Of a DNA stretch of 64,000 nucleotides, positions 17,088 to 26,164 are shown one piece after another. The notes beneath the pieces are model-generated. The model was not told the DNA's origin. It worked only from the letters and a program-made list of their open reading frames with translations, and did no database searches. The DNA lies in IMG/VR virus record IMGVR_UViG_2639763197_000004, positions 27,530 through 91,529 of that record. One strand, 5' to 3'. Position numbers and translations under genes: made by a program. Position 1 is the first letter of the stretch. Every line of letters begins with the position of its first letter. The stretch comes from a virus. Its lineage: Duplodnaviria > Caudoviricetes.

Positions 17088-18076
17088 TACGCGGCCTCCT
17101 CTGAATGGGGCTGGTCTGCGTTGGAGCCGCTCATGTCGGTGAAGTCAGCATCAACGGTCGCCGCCATGCTCTTGAGTGCTTCGTGGCATTCAAGACCGAT
17201 TGCCGCTCGCTGCTTCGGCTTGAGGCCCGCCCAAGCTGCTGCGTAGGCTTCGATGTCCTGGCGCTTCGCGACGACCAGAAGATCCGCAAATACTCCGTCG
17301 ATGTCAGGCGATGAAGATTTAGGCCCGAACGACACGCCTGCCGCGGCAGCGGTGTTCGCAGTCTGCTTGGCGGGGGTGATATCGATCTCGCCGCCGTACG
17401 AGTCCTCGAATTCGTCAGGGGTGTAAACACCAAGGATCACGTCAGGGCAGAAGAGTCGCGCCCATTTTTTGGTGACCAGGTATGCGATTTGCTGCTTCGG
17501 GTCTTCCGCCCAGAGCGTAGAGTTGCGTGTGCGAACCTGGGTCAGCAACAGCTCAAGAGTGCGGGGTTCGTCTTCGCCTTTGAAAGTTGCCCAGACCTTG
17601 ATCCCGAGGCCTTTTTCGTCGTCAAAGCTCCAGGCCGGGACACGATACTTTTTGGGCTCGCCTGTATCCTCGTCCTTCTTGGTCTTACTGGTGACTTCGC
17701 GCATCTTCCCGATGACGTTTTCCCAGGAGCCGAACCACTCAAAGTTCAAGCGACCTTTGACCGGCGCCTTGGCGGTGATCACTGCGTTCACGAGCTGGGC
17801 CTCATAGCTCAATGCGCCACCGTTGACGATAAAGGTCTTCTGCGCCACCGCGAATGGGTTCATCTGCCATTGCATCGCTTGCAGCACTACCGCCATGCAG
17901 TCAGCCTGGTTGCCTTTGAGGTGCTTAGGGACTGTTGTAACGCCCTTTGACATCATCATCGCGAGATCGCTCATCGACTTCATGGTGCCCGGGTCGAGGA
18001 TGAGTGCTGCAGCGTTGTGCGATGGGTCGTGATAAGTGGCGAGGCCTGTTTGGGCTTGGGTGTCTGTGTCGGTCAT
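17087..18076 (-). CDS. RecT-family ssDNA annealing protein
   Basis: VPKHLKGNQADC...WQMNPFAVAQKT...LSYEAQL...PDVILGVY; adjacent to the exonuclease. Confidence 0.88.
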   Translation of the reverse strand: MTDTDTQAQTGLATYHDPSHNAAALILDPGTMKSMSDLAMMMSKGVTTVPKHLKGNQADCMAVVLQAMQWQMNPFAVAQKTFIVNGGALSYEAQLVNAVITAKAPVKGRLNFEWFGSWENVIGKMREVTSKTKKDEDTGEPKKYRVPAWSFDDEKGLGIKVWATFKGEDEPRTLELLLTQVRTRNSTLWAEDPKQQIAYLVTKKWARLFCPDVILGVYTPDEFEDSYGGEIDITPAKQTANTAAAAGVSFGPKSSSPDIDGVFADLLVVAKRQDIEAYAAAWAGLKPKQRAAIGLECHEALKSMAATVDADFTDMSGSNADQPHSEEAA

Positions 18077-18129
18077 AGCGCTCTCCGTAGCCAGCATGGG
18101 TTGTGCTGGCCGTCAGATGGAAAGGGTGG

Positions 18130-19290
18130 TTAGAAGCTGAGGGCACGCAGCCAAGTGCGAGCGGTGTCGATGTCAACGTCGAAGCCCAGGGCGACCACTT
18201 CGACAATTTCTTCAGCCGGGGGTGAAGTCGGGTCTACGTCGATGGAAGCCATGGAGGCGGCGACTACTGCAACAGGCGCAGTTTCAACTTCCTTTTCGAT
18301 TGGAGCGGCAGCGACAGCCGCTACTGGAGCAGGCGCGGCAGCCTGGGCGCGCAGACGGGCCAGCTCTTCCTGGTCGCGCTGATACTGTGCCTCGCGCTCG
18401 CGCTGCTGGCGTTGTTGCTCTTCCTGCTGCTCACGCTGCTGACGTTGCTGAGCCTCCATGTCACGGCGTTGCTGGTCCAACTCATCCTGTTGCTGCTTCA
18501 AGCGCTTGCGGTCTTCTTCTGCGCGCTGTTTGCGAAGTTCTTCAGCCTCTGCGTCTGCGATTCGTTGCTTCTCGCGGAGCTCATCAAGCTCCCTTTGCTG
18601 TGCCAGTAGCTTTTCGGCGGCCGCTTCGCGCTCCAGGGCAGACTTGTGCAGTGCTTCCAACTGATCAATCGCATTGTCGCGAGCGATGGTGGCTTCAGCT
18701 TCAAACTCGCCATACTCTTCGGGCAGGATCACCGCTTCCTTGACGCCCTGCAGGATGTTATAGACGTCGGCTGCGCTTCGGCTTGCATAGGCGGCAGCGA
18801 CAGAGCTGAAGCGGTTGATTCTTGTCCGGATGGCTTCGATGCGCTCATGTTCCAGGCGCTCTTTCTCGGCCTTCGCGTCAGCGACACGTTTTTCTTCGGC
18901 TTTGATGGCGTCATCAACAGGCTCTTCGAGCACCAAAACACGGGCCTTCAACGCTTCGCCAAAATCTTTGACCTGATTAACTCGTGCCTGCGCTTCTTTC
19001 ACCTTCTGCTGGTATGGCACCAATGCTGTCTTGGTGGTGTTCGCCAGGGCATAGCGCACGTCGCGGATGTCGACGCGAACCTCTTTGGCATTTGCCAAAC
19101 CTTCGCTCGTCGAGCAATCAACGACCAGCTTCGCGTAGGTGGTCTCTAGGCGAACGATCTGTTCTTCATGCGGTTGATATTCGACGATGTCGGTTATCGA
19201 AACGGCAGGCGTTACAGATTTGTTCACTTCTGGGGCCTCAGATGTTTCGAGCGATTCTTGTGCAAGTGCTTGATTGGTATTTTTGGACAT
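18130..19290 (-). CDS. Long coiled-coil phage protein
   Basis: E/Q/R-rich heptads; upstream of the recombination genes. Confidence 0.75.
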   Translation of the reverse strand: MSKNTNQALAQESLETSEAPEVNKSVTPAVSITDIVEYQPHEEQIVRLETTYAKLVVDCSTSEGLANAKEVRVDIRDVRYALANTTKTALVPYQQKVKEAQARVNQVKDFGEALKARVLVLEEPVDDAIKAEEKRVADAKAEKERLEHERIEAIRTRINRFSSVAAAYASRSAADVYNILQGVKEAVILPEEYGEFEAEATIARDNAIDQLEALHKSALEREAAAEKLLAQQRELDELREKQRIADAEAEELRKQRAEEDRKRLKQQQDELDQQRRDMEAQQRQQREQQEEQQRQQREREAQYQRDQEELARLRAQAAAPAPVAAVAAAPIEKEVETAPVAVVAASMASIDVDPTSPPAEEIVEVVALGFDVDIDTARTWLRALSF

Positions 19291-19347
19291 GACGATTCCT
19301 CGCCGCGCCAGGCGCAGCATTGAAAGTAGTAAGGTTGGGTGATGCCG

Positions 19348-19575
19348 TCAGGCGGCAGTAACGGGCGATGCGTTGTAGTTGGAGTAGATCTCGTCGATGC
19401 GCGCGCGGAAGCGCCGATGCTCGTTGTCGTCTATAACTCTCAGCATGAAAGCTAGGGTGACGCACGATGTAGCGGCCGCGCTGGCATTGGTCTTTCCCAG
19501 GTCGCGAATCATGTTTTTGATCTCGCCCTCGATCCAGCTCACGGCGTTCTGGTGGTCGCGCTGAGCGATGTTCAT
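19348..19575 (-). CDS. Hypothetical phage protein
   Basis: ATGA-coupled early operon ORF. Confidence 0.7.
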   Translation of the reverse strand: MNIAQRDHQNAVSWIEGEIKNMIRDLGKTNASAAATSCVTLAFMLRVIDDNEHRRFRARIDEIYSNYNASPVTAA

Positions 19576-19802
19576 TCAGCGCCCCTTACTGGCGGGCAGA
19601 TCAGTTCCATCTGCCCCATGGCTACGCTGATACGCAGCTTTAAGCTGGCGCGCTCTCTAAGGCGGCGCGCTTCAATCTTCGCCAGGTCTTCTGCCGTGTA
19701 TTCGTGGAACAGATCGAAATGCTGAGTTTTACCGAAGTTCGGTAAATCCCAGCGCCTGTCGGATTCCCGGGCCTGGGCGCTATCCGCGTAGCTGGTTGGC
19801 AT
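19572..19802 (-). CDS. Hypothetical phage protein
   Basis: Likely start MPTSYAD; SD GGAG. Confidence 0.6.
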   Translation of the reverse strand: MPTSYADSAQARESDRRWDLPNFGKTQHFDLFHEYTAEDLAKIEARRLRERASLKLRISVAMGQMELICPPVRGAE

Positions 19803-20046
19803 GGCGAGACTCCAGGGACCGGGAAAGGGCACAGGCTTCATTGTGGTCTTGGCGGAACCCCTTCACCTTTCCGGTGGAGGCTTCGACGACGTGGAAGAAC
19901 TCGTGGCCCGCTGGAACTACACGGTAGCGGGGGGAGCTCTTTGGCGTGCTGGAGCCGACCATGCCGAGACAAAAGGCTATGGAGATATTGCGGCGTTGGT
20001 TCATTGCAAGTGCTACATCGCAGTGAGCTTGGTGACTTTGGATCAT
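19780..20046 (-). CDS. Hypothetical phage protein
   Basis: Start MIQSHQ with SD GGAGG. Confidence 0.65.
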   Translation of the reverse strand: MIQSHQAHCDVALAMNQRRNISIAFCLGMVGSSTPKSSPRYRVVPAGHEFFHVVEASTGKVKGFRQDHNEACALSRSLESRHANQLRG

Positions 20047-20152
20047 GGTCGCCTCCAGATTGGCGGGTTGTTCACCTATATTCGTCAACACTCATGCCTT
20101 CCGCTGGTTGCCGATGGGCGCGGGGGAGGAGTGCTGACGGGTAGAGGCGCGT

Positions 20153-20180
20153 AAAAAAGCCCAGTCGAAACCGGGCTTTT
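20153..20180. terminator. Bidirectional intrinsic terminator
   Basis: AAAAAAGCCCAG-TCGAAA-CCGGGCTTTT. Confidence 0.75.
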
Positions 20181-20519
20181 CCCTCTTTACGTACAAGCCT
20201 GCCGGGCGCATGTGGCGTCGGGCAGCTATTGGCTAGTCCATGGTGAAACCCTCCTATCGTTCGCTCACTGGGAAGGCAGTGGCCACCTATTGAATTAATC
20301 CGCATGTGCGGGCTGCTGCTACCTTTCGGCTCCCTCCCGGCGGGATGTGCAGTGGGCCCCGGGGCTTCCAAATACCTCCAGGGGGACTAGAGGCATTTGT
20401 GAAACCAGATGGCAGGCCTGAAACAGCAGGGCGCCATCTGTGATGCAGGTGGTCGGTTATAGGCCGCAGTTTCGTCCGCATCCGTCTGCCCACTCGGCGG
20501 AATGGACAGAGGTGATGCT

Positions 20520-20771
20520 TCATGCTGGAAACAGTTCTTTCTGAGCCACCCGTCTAGCCTTGTACTCATCAATCACACCGTTAACCGTCTCCAGATATCG
20601 AGTCAGAATTTCCGTGGCAATCTCTCCAACCCCCTCAGTAGCCAGCGCCTCTTCAAACCTTGTCTTGAGTTTGACTACAGCCGGAAGCGCTACACGCTCT
20701 TGGTAGTCAACCGTTCGCATGTCGTTCGACGAAATTTGCAGACATTCGATGTTTTGCGTTTCGATGTGCAT
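20520..20771 (-). CDS. Hypothetical phage protein
   Basis: Start MHIETQ with SD GGAG. Confidence 0.6.
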   Translation of the reverse strand: MHIETQNIECLQISSNDMRTVDYQERVALPAVVKLKTRFEEALATEGVGEIATEILTRYLETVNGVIDEYKARRVAQKELFPA

Positions 20772-20833
20772 TTGAGTTTGTCTCCGGTTGTTTTCCCAAT
20801 GCCCACCGCTCTGGATGGGCATCAGTGAAAAGG

Positions 20834-21376
20834 TCAGTACGGCTTTTCAGCCTTGCCTTGGTCTTGCAAGCTTTTGATGTGAAACAGGCCGTCCAGCATG
20901 GTGTCCATCTGTTTGGCCAGTTGGATGCGAAGGCCGTCTTTCAGGGCGCCCGATACGTTGCGCACGCTCTGGGTCATTTCCTTTGTGAAGTCTTCGGCGC
21001 AGACCTGAGTCATGATGTATTCGGCTCGGGTGACCGTGTTGTAGTCGCTCGTTGCCGCTTTGCCGGTGCGCGGTTCAACCTTGGCTGACCAGTAAGCGTT
21101 CACGGTCTTTTCCAACTCTTTGCGGATGGTGGTGGCCGGGCCTTCTGGCTCGCCCCAGGTGTTAACTCGGCGATATTCGCGTTCGAACGAACCGTTGATG
21201 GTTTCGTTGATTGCGGCTTCAATTTGCGCTGTTACGCGCTCGTTGAAGATCTTGTCGATGCGTTTTTTCAGTTCCGCAGCGACCATGCCGGAAAGGTCAT
21301 CGCCGGCGCGCAGAAGCTCATCAGATACCTTGGCTACGATTGCGGTTTTCAGATCGTCTTCGTTGATGTTGAGCAT
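20834..21376 (-). CDS. Hypothetical phage protein
   Basis: Start MLNINEDD with SD GGAG. Confidence 0.75.
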   Translation of the reverse strand: MLNINEDDLKTAIVAKVSDELLRAGDDLSGMVAAELKKRIDKIFNERVTAQIEAAINETINGSFEREYRRVNTWGEPEGPATTIRKELEKTVNAYWSAKVEPRTGKAATSDYNTVTRAEYIMTQVCAEDFTKEMTQSVRNVSGALKDGLRIQLAKQMDTMLDGLFHIKSLQDQGKAEKPY

Positions 21377-21436
21377 TTTGTGACTCCCGTTGATTTCCAA
21401 TGCCGCCTCATAGAAGCGGCATCAGGAATATTCGGA

Positions 21437-21670
21437 TCAGCCATGCGCATAAGGCACGCCGTTTGCGATAAGCCACTTCTCCATCCATGCATTGGTGGAG
21501 TGTTCAATGCTCCGGCAGTCGAAGCTGAGGCAGTCCTCGGCATCACTGTTGAAGTGACCGCCGTCTGGCATCACCACTCGCAGCCATGTTTCGTCATGGC
21601 CTTTATGCATGCTGAGCGTGCAACCTGCTTTCAGCAGCGGCACCAAGCTCACCGTTACCTGTCTGCCCAT
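21437..21670 (-). CDS. Hypothetical phage protein, first gene of the pL operon
   Basis: Start MGRQV with SD AAGGAG. Confidence 0.65.
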   Translation of the reverse strand: MGRQVTVSLVPLLKAGCTLSMHKGHDETWLRVVMPDGGHFNSDAEDCLSFDCRSIEHSTNAWMEKWLIANGVPYAHG

Positions 21671-21938
21671 CTTTGTATCTCCTTGCTTGTTTGATTTTCC
21701 GGATGACCCTGTCGCCAAGGTCATCGAGGAAATCTGCTCTCTCCACCACGCTCATCGCCCGATTCATATCTCTAGTCGGCGTCACACATTTCGTGGACGG
21801 TGTTCTTCGCCGACCGGCTTGCGTGGTTTCGCGTACTCACATCTGGTGAGCACGGCCAGTTCCAGAGCTGGCGTGGAGATCGAATTTATTGTTCGCGCTG
21901 TGCCCGTTGCCGGGGATCGATCTGCGAAGTTCCTGAGC

Positions 21939-21950
21939 TGTTAAAGAGCG
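21939..21950 (-). promoter_or_regulatory. boxA antitermination element in the pL leader
   Basis: CGCTCTTTAACA on the minus strand, ~45 nt after the predicted pL start, preceded by two hairpins. Confidence 0.8.
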
Positions 21951-22001
21951 GTCAGGCCCTGAGGCCCTGGCGAGTCCCTGTTGGGTGACTCGATGGGGTG
22001 A

Positions 22002-22067
22002 ACATTAGGCATTCCTTCTTTTGTAGTCAATAGGTATGCCTAATTATTTTTCGTTAGGCATGAAAAA
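22002..22067 (-). promoter_or_regulatory. pL promoter and oL operators
   Basis: TTGACT-N17-TAATGT (22030-22002); operators TTAGGCATTCCTTC, ATAGGTATGCCTAA, TTAGGCATGAAAAA. Confidence 0.85.
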
Positions 22068-22085
22068 ACCCGCTCAGTGGCGGGC
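22063..22085 (-). terminator. Terminator ending the cI-distal operon
   Basis: GCCCGCCACTGAGCGGGTTTTTT on the minus strand. Confidence 0.75.
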
Positions 22086-22104
22086 TTCTACATTTCCTGT
22101 TCGG

Positions 22105-22341
22105 TTACGGCGCGTAGCCAAACTGTTTTCTGAAATCATCCTCAAGCTTGCGGCAGGCGCCGCTGATTATTCCTTTAGCTCCAGCGGAGCCTGTGTAGCT
22201 GCTTTCCTCTCGATGGCATAGATCAATTGCATCGCGTGCACGCGCTTTTGCTTTTCCCTCAGGTGTGTTTCCGACAATGGCGCCAAACCCTAGGAACAGC
22301 ACAACCGCCACTACCAGACCTATCACTATCTTCCCGATCAT
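22105..22341 (-). CDS. Small membrane-anchored protein
   Basis: N-terminal TM segment, two Cys; SD GGAGG. Confidence 0.75.
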   Translation of the reverse strand: MIGKIVIGLVVAVVLFLGFGAIVGNTPEGKAKARARDAIDLCHREESSYTGSAGAKGIISGACRKLEDDFRKQFGYAP

Positions 22342-22496
22342 TGGTATCCCTCCCGTAATTGAGCCAGCACTTTACCATTCGTGGCGTACAGCCACCATTG
22401 GCATCCAGGGCGAGGGTGCGCAAGAACCAAGTGGGGCTGGTCGTTAACATGCCAGGCACCTACTGCGGAGTTAATTGCGTTGGATACGCGGGCAGA

Positions 22497-22730
22497 TCAG
22501 TGGAGTACAGGGGAAAAGAGCGCCCTGGCAGCCTCGTCCAGTAGCCTATCGATCTCAACCAGTTCGGCCTCTTTGATATCAATCGCACTTTTATAGGCGC
22601 ATGCCATGAACTGCAGCACCTCAAGGTCTGAAATCTTCGCAAGATCTTCTTTAAGGTCGGGGCGCTGGCTGAGTAGAAGCGCTCGAATCTCTTGTGCTGT
22701 TTTCGATTTTTCCATGCGTGATTCCTCCAT
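22497..22730 (-). CDS. Hypothetical protein
   Basis: 77 aa ORF with SD. Confidence 0.55.
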   Translation of the reverse strand: MEESRMEKSKTAQEIRALLLSQRPDLKEDLAKISDLEVLQFMACAYKSAIDIKEAELVEIDRLLDEAARALFSPVLH

Positions 22731-22854
22731 AGCTCAGCCCAAGTCTAGCCCAAGAGAATGCGTAATAACGCCCGCTGATCGCCAGATTGCCGAAGGGGTG
22801 GGTCTAGATACAAGAAGCCCGGCGCTGGGCCGGGCTATTGAATACAGCTACATT

Positions 22855-23613
22855 TCAAGCAGCGCGGAGCGCCGAAGTTAACTGCGCTGGCGAGGTGTAG
22901 ATCAGAACGGATGCGCATTCAGCTAGAGCGGCAGAGGCCTTGGCAATTTCATTCGCAGCCGCTTCCTCAAAAATCACCGTCCGACGAATGCCAGGTATCG
23001 CATTCTTGATGTCGATCATTTTTCCAAGCGCCTGGTACACAGAGGGCCAGTAAGGAGTGCCGCCTACCGCGCTGATAGTTTGCACCACTTGAATCTCAGC
23101 CTTGTCGACGTCAATGGCAAACGGAAATTTCAGCTGGTGCCCGCTGGCTCCTGTAATTGAGTAATTACGCTTCACCTTGCCAGGGAAGGTCTTTCTCAAG
23201 GCGGCGGAGATAAGGCTCTCGAATCTGGACTCTCCACTCGCTTCCCATTGCCCGCAATGGTGGCTTATAGCGGTGGCAGCATCGATTATCTGCGTTAGAT
23301 AAAACGGTGCCTCGGCTTGATCGCAGGCAACGAAAATCTCACCATCATCAGAAAGCTGGACATGATTTTCCATAGCTATCGCTGCCAGCTTTCTGCCGCG
23401 CGCGGCCGTTGGCTGGATGCCGACAGTCATCGCGTGGAAAAGGGTGTCTGCGTTATCCGAGATTCGGACCCTGCCGCGACCTATGTCTTGGACGTAGGCA
23501 CCGATCAAGTTGCCGTCGTACGGGACGGAGACATGGCTTTCCATGTAAATAACGCTTTCGCTTACCGGGATACAGGTTAGAGCGAGTGCGCTTCCAAGGT
23601 CTGCGCAGTTCAT
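22855..23613 (-). CDS. DUF1828-like protein
   Basis: VPYDGNLIGAYV...VRISDNADT; C-terminal ITGASGHQLKFPF. Confidence 0.75.
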   Translation of the reverse strand: MNCADLGSALALTCIPVSESVIYMESHVSVPYDGNLIGAYVQDIGRGRVRISDNADTLFHAMTVGIQPTAARGRKLAAIAMENHVQLSDDGEIFVACDQAEAPFYLTQIIDAATAISHHCGQWEASGESRFESLISAALRKTFPGKVKRNYSITGASGHQLKFPFAIDVDKAEIQVVQTISAVGGTPYWPSVYQALGKMIDIKNAIPGIRRTVIFEEAAANEIAKASAALAECASVLIYTSPAQLTSALRAA

Positions 23614-24146
23614 ATCAGCCTCAATTGGCCGTCATGGCCTATCTCATCAGGTAAATTCAGTTTTGGTGCGCCTGTGATATTGGCACGCATCAGAAACAGC
23701 TGCCATAGCTGTTCAGCGGATTCTCTGGGAATGGGCTCAGCGTACCCATAGGACGCCTCAAGCACTGGGATGTGCATGTGTGGATGGCCTATGGTTTGCT
23801 GGTAGTAGGCGAGACCTTTTCCGACCTTGTTTCGATGGCGAGTGAAGCCACCTTCGTCGACGGCGAATGAGCGGCTGCTTTTCACAAAGAACCCGAAGTA
23901 AAGGTGCTCGGGTACGCCATCAACCTTGCCAGCCTTATACTCAAGCTGGACGAAAAGACCCTCCAGGGTTCGCTCGCCTACCATGAGCGTTGCACGATAC
24001 TTGTGCGTCGATGGCCACTTATGAACGCTGGTCATGACCCAATCAATTCGGTCCCCGCCAAACCATCGTTTCTGAGTATTGATGCCCTTCATAGCCTCTT
24101 CATAAGGTATGAGATTCTTAGAAACCATCCTGGTACTACTCCTCAC
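23610..24146 (-). CDS. Hypothetical protein coupled to the DUF1828-like gene
   Basis: ATGA overlap; RHRN...GHPHMH His motif. Confidence 0.75.
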   Translation of the reverse strand: MRSSTRMVSKNLIPYEEAMKGINTQKRWFGGDRIDWVMTSVHKWPSTHKYRATLMVGERTLEGLFVQLEYKAGKVDGVPEHLYFGFFVKSSRSFAVDEGGFTRHRNKVGKGLAYYQQTIGHPHMHIPVLEASYGYAEPIPRESAEQLWQLFLMRANITGAPKLNLPDEIGHDGQLRLI

Positions 24147-24182
24147 CCTTATTAATGCAGCTTACAATTCCCGCCGCGCTAC

Positions 24183-24422
24183 CTACTCAGCCCGTTCCCG
24201 CACGATCCGGCCATCCCGCACCTCATCCGCATACCCGGCGAGCTTGTCCTCGGCGGACTGCATCACCCGGCAGATCTTCAGCACGGCCTGGGCGTCTGCC
24301 TCATTTCCGGCCAGGCTCAATCGCTCAGCGATTCGCATCAGTTCGACAGCGGACCACTTGAGGTCCGAGGCGATGCCCTGGAGGTCGCGCTTTAGGTCTT
24401 GATTAGGTTTGGTTAGGGTCAT
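24183..24422 (-). CDS. Small helical protein (paralog of 24747..24947)
   Basis: MTLTKPNQDLKRDL. Confidence 0.7.
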   Translation of the reverse strand: MTLTKPNQDLKRDLQGIASDLKWSAVELMRIAERLSLAGNEADAQAVLKICRVMQSAEDKLAGYADEVRDGRIVRERAE

Positions 24423-24693
24423 GCTTTAACCTCAGATCTTCTGCGAGCCTCTGACTGAACCGCTCCACAGGAATGCCGGTAAGCTTAAGAACCGCTTGAG
24501 CAACCTCAATGTCTAGAGCCTTAGTACCTAGAAAATAATTATTAATGGTCGAAGTGGATACCCCTATCTCGCTCGCTATGGCGCTCCGAGCTAGACGATC
24601 CGCCTTTTGCCTGCTTGCGTTATAAGCGGCAATCGCTCTGCGAAGGGCTAGGCACTCGTCTTCTTCCCATATCCACAAGCCATGATTACGCAT
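24403..24693 (-). CDS. XRE/Cro-CI-type HTH protein
   Basis: RSAIASEIGVSTSTINNYFLGTKAL...FSQRLA. Confidence 0.75.
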   Translation of the reverse strand: MRNHGLWIWEEDECLALRRAIAAYNASRQKADRLARSAIASEIGVSTSTINNYFLGTKALDIEVAQAVLKLTGIPVERFSQRLAEDLRLKHDPNQT

Positions 24694-24746
24694 AAATTCT
24701 CGCTCAAGTGCGCAATGCCATTCTGGCTAGGTAGGTCGCACAACCT

Positions 24747-24947
24747 TCACGCCTTCACCGCATCCGCAAGCGCCGCCGCCCGATCCGCATGCTTGTAGAG
24801 TTTCGCAATCAGCATAAGGGCAGCTGTCGCATCGACATCTCGGCAGTCATTAGTGATTCTCAGCACTTCGTCTGCGGCCTGCTCGATATCAAGCGCTAGG
24901 GTCTTGAGTTCGCGGCTTAGCTCTTGGTCGGGCTTGGTGAGGGGCAT
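24747..24947 (-). CDS. Small helical protein (paralog of 24183..24422)
   Basis: MPLTKPDQELSREL; SD GGAGG. Confidence 0.7.
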   Translation of the reverse strand: MPLTKPDQELSRELKTLALDIEQAADEVLRITNDCRDVDATAALMLIAKLYKHADRAAALADAVKA

Positions 24948-24976
24948 GGGGCCTCCGGCAGAACTCTGTGCAATTT

Positions 24977-25420
24977 TTATCCGGCTTTAGCTTTGCAAAG
25001 TCGCATCGCCACGTTTTGAGCGCCGCCAAGCCTTTCAACAATTGACTCCCAGGACTTGCTGCTGGCAACGGAGAGAGCCGCCGCGTGCTTTCCTGTGCTA
25101 CGGGATTCAACTGCCTCACGGATAGTCAGTAGAAAGCGCAAGAAGTCGCCGCCACTTACTGGGATCTGACCAATTTCGGAGGCCATCGTCGCCTCGTATT
25201 CGAAAAGGCCGGATAGCCTTGTGCACGGCACCCAAATGCCCTGCCAGGACCTTTCGATAATCTTCGGCGGGGGCTGCGTGCGATCCCAGTGAGTATCGTT
25301 ATGGTGCTGCAATATCCTAAGTGGCGTCCTTAGCTGCATAGTTGCGCAGAATTTGAAGTGCTGGATCAGTTCTGCATCATCCCACTGCGGCACTTCGCTC
25401 TTGTGCGTCATCCGTGGCAT
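24977..25420 (-). CDS. Hypothetical protein downstream of cI
   Basis: 147 aa ORF starting 12 nt after the cI stop. Confidence 0.7.
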   Translation of the reverse strand: MPRMTHKSEVPQWDDAELIQHFKFCATMQLRTPLRILQHHNDTHWDRTQPPPKIIERSWQGIWVPCTRLSGLFEYEATMASEIGQIPVSGGDFLRFLLTIREAVESRSTGKHAAALSVASSKSWESIVERLGGAQNVAMRLCKAKAG

Positions 25421-25432
25421 TTTGGTAATCGC

Positions 25433-26164
25433 CTAAAGCTTCCGGGCATTCCAGACAAGCAGAACACGGGCCTGGATATGCACTTTGGCGAGCATATCCC
25501 CCTCGATCATGATTGCTGGGTACACGGGGTTATCTGAAATCATGCGCAGGGAGCCGCCTGTCAGGCGCTGAAGCCGCTTAATGAAAAGCTCGCCCTCCAG
25601 CGTGAAGACATAGATCGCATCGGTTCGGATCTCGGTTATGCCGCGATCTACCAGCAGGGCGTCGCCATTACGGAAAGTGCCCTCCATGCTGTCACCATCG
25701 CCATCGATGATGGCCAGGTTCTCTAGCTTGGAATACGACAAGCCCTGAGTCTTCAGCCAGTCGAGATGAACGGTAATATCCCTGATCACTTCGATGTGAT
25801 CGGGCGGCACTCTTCCCGGCCCCATTGAGCCGGCCACGTCCAGCTGAGGGATCGTGATGAAGCTGGAATCTTGCGATTTTCGGCGAGACTCAATCAGCAC
25901 GACATTGCTCTCCTTGCTTGCAGGCTGCGCTCCACCATCCACCCCCTTACGCATCGGCCCCTTTCCAGTAGCCAGCCACATCGGCATCACCTTCAGATAG
26001 TCGGCAGCGATCAAAAGATTCTGCCCCTCAATCGTCTTTGTTTTCCCTGAGATCCAGTCGTTTACAGACGGCGCGCGAATGCCACAAGCGCGAGCCAGGG
26101 CGGCCTGCGTAACTTTTGGCGGGCCGGCCATCACCAGTTTTAACCGTTCTTGAAGTGTCCTCAT
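25433..26164 (-). CDS. cI: CI-like repressor, HTH + S24 peptidase
   Basis: TQAALARACGIRAPSVNDW HTH; GDSM and FIKRL catalytic motifs; divergent from cro. Confidence 0.93.
   Translation of the reverse strand: MRTLQERLKLVMAGPPKVTQAALARACGIRAPSVNDWISGKTKTIEGQNLLIAADYLKVMPMWLATGKGPMRKGVDGGAQPASKESNVVLIESRRKSQDSSFITIPQLDVAGSMGPGRVPPDHIEVIRDITVHLDWLKTQGLSYSKLENLAIIDGDGDSMEGTFRNGDALLVDRGITEIRTDAIYVFTLEGELFIKRLQRLTGGSLRMISDNPVYPAIMIEGDMLAKVHIQARVLLVWNARKL

Noticed and set aside
18330-18620. CAG/GAG-rich low-complexity repeats
   Set aside because: Explained by the Q/E/R coiled-coil coding sequence
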